Shown here: positions 1-7,450 of the stretch, piece by piece
How the letters are laid out: each line of letters begins with the position of its first letter
How positions within the stretch are numbered: the stretch's first letter is position 1
DNA from: Azolla caroliniana
Lineage: Eukaryota > Plantae > Polypodiophyta
DNA: 14,962 nucleotides
Direction: 5' to 3'
Assembly: GCA_043228905.1 (NCBI GenBank)
Contig: JBHGNT010000824.1
Coordinates: 1 to 14,962, forward strand
The notes under the pieces: generated by a model
The model's input: only the letters and a program-made list of their open reading frames with translations
What the model was told of the DNA's origin: nothing
Database searches by the model: none
Made by a program: the position numbers and the translations under genes

Positions 1-513
1 AATAAGGGACAATGCAAAGTCAAGGATCCAATTTGCTGCCATAATTACGTTGGAGGGTGGCAGCTCTAGACTTGCACTCTCTTTAATCTTTATTATCTCT
101 CTTCTACATTCTCTCTCTTCCTAGATTCTTCTCTCTCTAGAATCCACAACTTTTTAAATCCTTTCTCTCTCTAGAATCTGCAACACTTTAAATGCCTTCT
201 CTCTCTTCCTCTTTTTCCAAGATATTCCCTCTTATTCCTAGTTTATTGTACCTGTTTGGTAGTACAAGAGTCACTTAACTACCAAACAACCATTTCACCC
301 ACGTTCCCCAATTTTGTATAAATAGGCTATACCAACCTCTTTTGTAAAGACTTTATTTTAGCTGCTACTCAAAAACAAGCTCTTCTCTTTGGTTGTGTCT
401 CTACTCTTTGCAACCATTTTTGCTACTGCTGTCTAACAGCCTTCGCACAGCTTGGCTGTGTCTATTTTGTTCTAACAACTATTCCACTGCTGCTATTAAC
501 AGCTTTTCTCACA
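1..513 (+). repeat. 5' LTR of the copia element (start not resolved)
   Basis: Ends in CA directly before the PBS. Contains TATAAATAG at 317-325 and CT-rich internal repeats (tctctctctagaatc twice, about 130-178). Bases 458-513 are repeated at 1588-1643 with 2 mismatches in 56 bp. Confidence 0.85.
317..325 (+). promoter_or_regulatory. TATA box of the 5' LTR
   Basis: TATAAATAG inside the LTR, the usual plant LTR promoter motif. Confidence 0.65.
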
Positions 514-525
514 TGGTATTAGAGC
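514..525 (+). other. Primer-binding site for tRNA-iMet
   Basis: TGGTATTAGAGC immediately after the LTR-terminal CA; one mismatch to the canonical plant PBS TGGTATCAGAGC. Confidence 0.9.
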
Positions 526-685
526 AATGAGGTCTCCATAGTCTCATCCTGATTTTTTTGCCAAAGAGCACACAGACCTATCTTCTTTTATCCCACTCTC
601 CCACCCTTAAGAGGAGTTTTTTCTTTTCTTTGCAACCTCCCTCCCAAACCTACAAAGGAGGTTCTTTTTTTTTCCCCTCATCTAA

Positions 686-1536
686 GCCACCATCGTTTCA
701 TCAACCATTCCCCAACTCCCCAAAGAGTCCATCTTGGATGGGAACAATTACTTAAATTGGGAACTGCAGATAAAGACCTTGCTACAGTACCATCGTCTAT
801 GAAATGTAGTCAATGGTATTGAGAAGAAACCACCAGTAACTTCATCCTCTTCAACCAAATAATTTATTGGCTCATCTAAAGCTGAGATTGAAGCTTGGCT
901 AGATAAGGATTCTCATGCTCATGCTTTCCTCATGTTTAATATTAAACTGAGCATCGCCCGTCAATTTCAAGATACAAATGAAGAGACAGCCAATGAACTA
1001 TGGGCTGCCATCAAAAACAGGTATCATTGAGCTAATCATGCTCAAATGATAGCTATTGAGAGCCAACTAGCAAATCTCAAGATTCATGACACTCCCAACA
1101 TCATGGATCAAATAACGCAATTTGTTACTCTCCAAAAGGGAACTAGTTTCTTTGAGAAACAAGTCAACCAAAGTTGAGTTTGTGCATCGTCTAATGATCA
1201 AGTTGCATGAGACATTCTCAGCCTTTTGAGACACAATTTCTCTTCTTCCCAACACACCTGATATGAATACATTTCTTGGCATACTACAAGATAGGGCAAC
1301 AAGGAAGAAAAGTGCTCAAACTTCCAATGAGGCGCTTCTACATGCGAAAAGTAAAGGCAAGTGGAAGCAAAATAGAAACTCCTACAACAAACCCAATCCA
1401 AGACCACCAAACAACCCAGCCTACAAAGGTCACATTCAGCCCGACTGTCAGAAAAAGAAAAGGGACAATGCCAAGAAATCTTCTTCTACCAAAAGTCAAC
1501 CAACACCAAAATCAAACTCGGCCCACTCAGCCAAAG
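686..1536 (+). pseudogene. gag: Decayed copia gag
   Basis: One frame reads ...ILDGNNYLNWELQIKTLLQYHRL*NVVNGIEKKP...AWLDKDSHAHAFLMFNI...TANELWAAIKNRYH*..., typical of a copia Gag N-terminus. In-frame stops at 800, 860 and 1028, then a frameshift into ORF 1263-1541, which keeps a half zinc knuckle (KGHIQPDC). Confidence 0.85.
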
Positions 1537-1590
1537 GATAAGCATAAGGCACGTCTAGTTGCAAAAGGCTATTCACAAGTCAAAGGAGTG
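1537..1590 (+). pseudogene. 18-codon fragment of copia reverse transcriptase
   Basis: Reads DKHKARLVAKGYSQVKGV, matching the conserved copia RT motif YKARLVAKGY/FxQxxGxDY. Confidence 0.9.
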
Positions 1591-1643
1591 TCTATTTTGT
1601 TCTAACAACTATTCCACTGTTGCTATTAACAGATTTTCTCACA
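1588..1643 (+). repeat. Terminal 56 bp of the 3' LTR
   Basis: gtgtctattttgttctaacaactattccactgttgctattaacagattttctcaca matches 458-513 except at 490/1620 and 503/1633, and ends in CA. Confidence 0.9.
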
Positions 1644-2137
1644 AATTATACAAATATCTCATGAAGAGCTGCATTAGTGTTGCCCAATAGGAATTTAAAC
1701 AATTTGCAGAAACTCTGTCCAAAAAAAAAGATTTAGAAAATAAAATAAAACAGGATCCAAGTCAACCAAAGAGTCTTACGCAACACAAAACTAGAATTTT
1801 AAAGGTAATGAATTGATAAAACGGCAAAGCTTTAGTCAATATATAAATCTATACAGATATAACAGATAAACAATAGTCTTTTGCTGTATTTTATTAATTT
1901 GGAGGCTTAAAGTAATTAAGCTTTTATAATGTGTGTGCACATAATCATCATGAAATAGATACATAAGATGGTTGCACATTCTTGTTATGTCTCAAAACAG
2001 ATAGAGTAGCGTGTGTATGCCCTCTTCTTTAAATGTTTCCAGCATGAGGAAAGATATAGTGGTCTACTGATTTTTTCCTTGAAATCATATTTGAATCAAA
2101 TTCTTAACTTAACCTTAAACGTTAGGACGTTACTCAC

Positions 2138-3478
2138 CTGACTAGAATTAGGACTGAAAATGTGCGAGAAACCATTAAATTCCTCCACTTTAGATCTACG
2201 AAGACCCGATAGTGATGGAGGTGGAACAAGAGTAACAGAATCAGATCCATGGTAAAGACATACATCACTAGCATTCAATGATGCTTTCGCTTCCACTGGA
2301 TTAGGGTGTTTCCAACTCTGTATGCTTCTGATTAGACTATCTCCGATCTTTTGTGACCTTTTCATGGTCTTTATTGTTCTATTAACATGTGCAGGTCTGA
2401 TGCGAAGATAAACATGCATCTTTTTTGAAGAAGATGAAACCTTTGATGGATTTCCCTTTTCAGAAGGGACATTAGCAGAAGGATTTTCCATGTCAGAAGG
2501 AGTCATAAGAGACTTCGTAACACTATCAATGCTTGTTGGTTCAGACGGAATCATAATAGATTCAATAACTCCATCAAGGCTCGAGGATCTTTCTTCAATA
2601 ACATGTGTGGGTTCAGAAGGAAGCATTGAAGATTTTGTGGTTAGATGAAAACTAGAGGGGCTTCCTTGAATCACATTTCCAGATTCTGAAGGAATCAAAA
2701 AAAATTCTGAAACTGAATCACCGTCCAAGGAGCTATCTTGATTCACGTTTGCAGATTTGGAAGAAATTGCAAAATATCCTGGAACCTGATCATTGTCTGT
2801 AGTTTTGGAAAGGATCATATCAGACTCCATAACAGGATCAACGCATGAGGATATTTTTTGACTTGCAATCTCTGCAGTTCCAGGGGAATTCACAAAGTAT
2901 TTGACAGCACAATCAGCAATCCCGACAGATTCCATGCTACAGTTATTAACACATGAGGATGCTTCTTGAATTGCATTCTCCAAAGTTCTGGAAGGAATCG
3001 CTGAAGCCTCTGTAACTTGATGAACGCATGAGGATCGTCCTTGGGTCACATTCTTAAAAGCTTCAGAAGATTCTGTGACACAATCAACCCTGGGGAAACT
3101 TTCCTGAATCATATTCACAGTTTCAAGATTGGTTGAACCAGAAGAAGAACCAAATCCTCCAACCAATACATGTTCACGCTCTTCAGATGCCACTTGTGGT
3201 AAAGAATGACTGATAGGCCGAGAAACCACCGTTGGGAAAAGAGATTCTGCATCCTTCAGAAGGACATGTTTTTCTTTCTGATTCAATCGAGAAGGCGGAG
3301 GAGGCTGTTTCGATGATCTCGACGGTATAGAGTTCTCGAAGGAAGGAAGGAGAGCTTTACCTTCCGAAATGATGAACCGTTTGCGAACACTGTTGGAAGA
3401 TTTGGCTTCAGTTTTTCCTGCAGAGACCATTCTGGCCTTCCTTGGGGGGTTTCGTCTTAGAGACATGGGAGTCTCCAT
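2138..3478 (-). CDS. KIN6: Kinesin-like protein KIN-6, first coding exon (447 codons; gene continues left of the window)
   Basis: N-terminal RRNPPRKAR, then motor-domain start MHVYLRIRP...SVTLVPPPSLSGLRRSKVEEFNGFSHIFSPNSSQ. From recalled family knowledge these resemble plant KIN-6 (RRNPPRRAR; SVTLTPP..L...KRSK.EV.EGFSHVF....SQ). A consensus donor CAG|GTGAGT at 2138/2137 (phase 0) shows that the ORF-track tail VSNVLTFKVKLRI is intron read-through. Confidence 0.88.
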
Positions 3479-3479
3479 C

Positions 3480-3703
3480 GCTGCTGCTGCTGCTGCTTCT
3501 ATGGATTATTCGGGCTCCATCTTTCATTCTTCCTTGCTCATTTTCTTCTTTCCAAAAGTGATGAAGCCAGAAATACCTCTTTCTTTCTTCATCTTCTTCT
3601 ACATCGGTCGCCTTCTTCTGTCTGCCTGCCTGCCTGTCTGTCTTTCTTTCTTTCTTTCTTTCTTCCTTCCTTCCTTCCTTCCTTCCTTCTGCTGCTGCTG
3701 CTA
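3480..3703. repeat. Compound microsatellites in the presumed kinesin 5' leader
   Basis: A (GCT)n run at about 3480-3497 directly upstream of the ATG, and (CTGC/CTGT)(TTTC)n(TTCC)n(CTG)n at about 3618-3703. Confidence 0.9.
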
Positions 3704-3825
3704 CTGGTTTTTCCGATCCTTCAGAGACAGAAGCTTTCTCTGCGGATCATCTCTCTGAATCCCTTTCGTCGCCTTCCTCTGCATCAATGGGAATGGGATG
3801 GATGGAGATGAGTGGCGCTCGCAAA

Positions 3826-3849
3826 TTTGAATTTGAATTTGAATTTGAT
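3826..3849. promoter_or_regulatory. Tandem TTTGAA (CHR-like) array
   Basis: TTTGAA x3 plus TTTGAT in direct tandem, about 350 bp upstream of the kinesin ATG. TTTGAA is the CHR motif bound by LIN54/TCX proteins of the DREAM complex; function here is inferred. Confidence 0.45.
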
Positions 3850-3910
3850 GGGCGGATCAAAGGCAAATATGCAGAACTACATAGACAGAACCACAAGATT
3901 TTGCCCACCA

Positions 3911-3912
<2 letters not shown>

Positions 3913-3946
<34 letters not shown>
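3913..3946. repeat. (TG)17 microsatellite
   Basis: Read directly; it lies inside the first tandem unit. Confidence 0.97.
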
Positions 3947-3948
<2 letters not shown>

Positions 3949-4144
3949 TAGTCTCTCTCTCTCTATGTATGTATATATGGTCAAGTTCGAATCGAGTCAA
4001 GTCAATCGAGTGAGTCTGGTCAAGCGCAGCAACACATATGGCGGATCAAACGCAAATAGAACTAAATCGAACTACAAGATTTTTGCCCCACCATTTGTAT
4101 GCCCAGGTCTCGAATCGAGTCGTGTCAAGTCAATCGAGTGAGTC

Positions 4145-4154
4145 GGCCCAACGG
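4145..4154. promoter_or_regulatory. Overlapping site II (GGCCCA) and MSA-like core (CCCAACGG), copy 1
   Basis: GGCCCAACGG matches YCYAACGG of the MYB3R-bound MSA element and the TCP site II motif. Confidence 0.45.
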
Positions 4155-4271
4155 AGCAAGACATATATGGCGGGTCAGAATCCAAGTGGAACTAAATTGA
4201 ACCAGAAGATTTGCCCACCATTCCGCGCGTCTCTCCCTGTTATGTATGGTCATGTTCGAATCGAGTGAGTC

Positions 4272-4281
4272 GGCCCAACGG
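4272..4281. promoter_or_regulatory. Overlapping site II and MSA-like core, copy 2
   Basis: Identical GGCCCAACGG created by the 127-bp duplication. Confidence 0.45.
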
Positions 4282-4687
4282 AGCAAGACATATATGGCGG
4301 ATCAGAATCCAAGTGGAACTAAATTGAACTAGAAGATTTGCCCACCATTCCGCACGTCTCTCCCTGTTATGTATGGTCATGTTCGAATCGAGTGTGTCAA
4401 ATCCATCGCAACAAAGACATATATGTATGGATTGACGTATAAACCGTTTCCTTCACTTTGGCCAAATCATTCACTCGAAGTCAATTTACACGAACGAGGA
4501 TAACCTTGACCAGGTGGGTTCCAGGGGGGGTCTCCAAGCCAAGTCGGCCCATAGGATCAAGTCAATCGAGTCGATCAAGCACAATAGGACATATATGTAT
4601 GCATTGATGTTCAAATTGTCTCTTTCATTTTGGTCACATCACTCACTCAAAGTTGATGTATAAATAAATCCCCTAGGCAATTGTGAC

Positions 4688-4705
4688 TATATATATATAT
4701 ATATA
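4688..4705. repeat. (TA)9 microsatellite
   Basis: Read directly. Confidence 0.95.
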
Positions 4706-4977
4706 AATGAATGAATTCCCTAGTACCTACCAGAAAGAGTGGGGAGTTGCCAATGTCTCGGCTCTGAGAATAAAGCGAGGACATGGGAAAGATGGTTATA
4801 TATACATATTGAATGGTTAATAAAAGAGTTTTTTTTGTCTCATGTATGTAGGTTTTGAATAAGTCATTACATAGTGGTACAATGTCATGGATTAGGTTAT
4901 TTTTCTTCTACAACATCACAATGTAGATCACAATTGCTTTTTCTTAACGAGACATACACAAAAGGGTAAACATGTTT

Positions 4978-4998
4978 GAGAGAGAGAGAGAGAGAGAG
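4978..4998. repeat. (GA)10 microsatellite
   Basis: Read directly. Confidence 0.95.
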
Positions 4999-7316
4999 CC
5001 GGAGACAAATAAACAAGCCAGAGAGCGTTTTCCATAAACGAAACGTAGTGTCCAAATATGCATCAAAAAGCTCTCAACAAGGGCTACATAACTATACGAA
5101 GCATGTGTAAAATGGTGCTTCGAGCAAAAAACACGAGTTGTAACAAGATCACGGTTGAAGTAGGATAGAACTCGGGCAAAGAACAATTGATGCCCTTAAG
5201 GGAGCCATCACAACAATGTAGTCACTTTGTTAATGTTAAAAGGCAAAGATATAATAAAATAGATATGTTACTACTATACATGACCAACATGTCATCTTGC
5301 ATGCAACTCCTTCCGAACAAGGGGGATAATTGCATTATAGTAAACAAAACTCTCTATGTGAAATTAATGCACGCACGAATGTGCTCACTCTTCGTGGCGA
5401 ACATTTGAGTATGACACTTAGTTAGATCATCATGCCCATCTAACAAGTCATCATTTTTCTCACAAATTATCTTATAGCCAAGGGTGATCAAGGATATCAT
5501 GGTCCAAACATATTTCATGCAAAAGCAAGTTAGGATCGATGTTGGTGAATGGATGTAACATTTTATCTCAATGCATTTCTATTATGGAAATGACTTTAAT
5601 GAAACCTCTTGGGCCTTTTTGCACACATATGCAGTGTGCACCACAATTCCCTCTCTCCATAACATTATGTCATCGGTGAACCCCAACTTACCAATGGCAT
5701 TTTTTCCCATAAAACTTTGAGAAGGCTTCTAAGGATGTCTTTTTGTAGTATCTCCATCTCAATAATAACCTTCAAAAGTGTATCCACCATAGCAATATTA
5801 TTTCTAGGTAGAATGTCGTTTAGAGCATGGTTAACAACTTCTTGATGTGTGGCCCAATATTGTTCCTAATGTTTGGTTATAATTTGTACACTTGATCATT
5901 TCTCCAACCAATCTATGATGAACCCCTTTCTTATTGGTTTCTCCCATCCATAGTTTCTTCAATTTTTTCTTATCAACAACTTCTATGTCATATGACGACA
6001 ATAAAGATTAATTTCATGTTCGTTTTTGAAGCATCCTAACAAGTGGATATAAAAATGTTGATCCATTCTAAAGATCATTTTGCTTTTAACAAGGATGTGT
6101 GGGTGTTTGCACGAGAGAATTATGATTGAAACCATTAGGGAAAATATGGGTGGTCATGGAAGGGCCTTGCAAGAAAAGAGACCAAGGTTGATTAACGTAT
6201 TAACCACGAAGGGGACGATAAACATAAGGACCCTATAAAAATATAGTAACTTCTCTAAAAGAAGATATATTAGTCAGTGAACCTAACATTATTGACCACA
6301 CCAAGAATTATCATGGAAGCATTTTAAGATAATACTCGTAATAATATCAACCTTATGAAAGATATTCATCTTACACACCACAGAAATATTTTCCACGAGA
6401 AGGCCAAATTATACTCTAAAATAGTTTCTACATTTGAAATAAAGGTAAAAAACAATTTGATTTCTGGATTGATAGAACGATATTTCCACACAATAGTTAA
6501 ACCTCCCTACCACCAAACTCTAGCGATCTTGATTTAGCACAATGCATTAGAGATGGAGAGAATGATTTATTGGGTGACTAAAAACAATCAGCACAATGTT
6601 TCATGTATCCAATTATGACACAAAATAATAACTTAAAATAGTGTTAAGAGACTAGATTGAAAGATAAGAGTTAAAGAAACAAAACATGCAAAAAGAGACA
6701 CAACACTTAGTGTTAGAGAATATAAAAAAAAAAGTTGTCTTTCAAACAAAACTTGATCATGATGGCATGATAGATTCTTCAATGTTCATTCTAAAGAGGC
6801 TGTAACTTATCATAGAGAAAAGAGAAGTTTAAAAGATGTACTCATCAAGAATGCTCGTTCACAAATTGTTACAACAAAATTTCTACTTAGATAATCAGAT
6901 AGGATATGGAAGAATAGATCATTTGGTAACGGTAATCAGTACACATTGTGTCGCATGATTGTTCTTTAAGCATGAAATGATATGAAACCAATAGACGGAA
7001 GTGGTCGACAAAAGGCACGTTACTTACTGCATTGTTAACGTATGCTATATGTGTGCATTTTGAGTAGAAGAGCACCTATATTATGTGTACCTTCCAACTA
7101 AAAGTGTTGGTATGCTCAATTTGGTATAATTCGAAGTATTGATTGGTTGAGAACATAACAATATATATTCACAATATTTAGATTTGTCCATCTGATCATT
7201 ATCATATACAATAAATAAACATGCCTGTAGCTACAAAAGCAAGCTCCACAAAACATGATTCAATGATTTATACTTACATATCCAATAAAAAAGAAGATCC
7301 GGCATACCAATGTATG

Positions 7317-7322
7317 TTTATT
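7317..7322 (-). terminator. Candidate polyadenylation signal of the AIG2-like gene
   Basis: AATAAA on the minus strand about 57 nt after the stop codon, followed by U-rich sequence. Confidence 0.4.
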
Positions 7323-7378
7323 CACTTTCATCTTTCCAGCAGCCACTGTAATAATTGCACTGCAGCCGAAATGTCATG

Positions 7379-7450
7379 TCAATCGATACTCTCGCTAGCA
7401 TTTGTTGTGCACATGGACACAAAATCTTCCATGTGTAACTTCCTCCATTC
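7379..7450 (-). CDS. AIG2L: AIG2-like exon 5 (terminal)
   Basis: Acceptor tttcttcacag; EWRKLHMEDFVSMCTTNASESID; stop TGA at 7381-7379. Confidence 0.95.
   Translation of the reverse strand, partial: EWRKLHMEDFVSMCTTNASESID

Larger units (their letters stand above)
1..1643 (+). mobile_element. Internally deleted, non-autonomous Ty1/copia LTR retrotransposon, antisense within the kinesin intron
   Basis: Order on the + strand: LTR ending ...TTCTCACA (513), PBS (514-525), stop-disrupted copia gag, RT motif KARLVAKGYSQ, then a second copy of the LTR 3' end (1588-1643). The left boundary is probably at or just before the window start. Confidence 0.9.
3848..4662. repeat. Tandem array of ~127-190 bp units upstream of the kinesin
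   Basis: Four units start with atgg(g)cggrtca at 3848, 4038, 4167 and 4294 and share aagattt(t)gcccaccatt and tcgaatcgagt. 4132-4258 and 4259-4385 differ at only 3 of 127 positions. A second duplicated segment (about 4416-4490 vs 4588-4662) follows. Confidence 0.92.

Noticed and set aside
43-53. AATTA followed by CGTTGG as the 5' TSD and mutated LTR start, matching AATTA at 1644-1648
   Set aside because: The LTR ends in TTCTCACA, so its start should resemble TGTGAG, and CGTTGG fits poorly. A 5-mer match in AT-rich DNA is weak, and the true start is more likely just left of the window.
558-1605. ORFs 558-755, 1067-1282, 1198-1410, 1263-1541 and 1276-1605 as genes
   Set aside because: All lie in the decayed copia element. 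They are off-frame, antisense or fragments of gag/RT.
2096-2137. C-terminal tail of the 460-aa ORF
   Set aside because: Begins at a consensus GTGAGT donor in the middle of the motor domain, so it is intron read-through.
3369-4268. Plus-strand ORFs 3369-3758, 3812-4141 and 4038-4268
   Set aside because: Their low-complexity translations (poly-A, poly-C, CVCVCV, LNLNLN) come from microsatellites and tandem units; no coding signature.
3848-4662. CRISPR-like repeat-spacer array
   Set aside because: The whole units are homologous to each other, with no unique spacers between short identical repeats. The context is eukaryotic and there are no cas genes.
5368-5407. Small hairpin cacgaa...ttcgtg resembling another at about 13200-13231, considered as Helitron 3' ends
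   Set aside because: Stems are only 6-7 bp and there is no correctly spaced CTRR terminus; the similarity is too short to support a call.
7076-7277. Possible 3' UTR intron of the AIG2-like gene (GTAAGT at 7277, TAG at about 7076)
   Set aside because: It lies beyond a candidate AATAAA and cannot be supported without transcript data.
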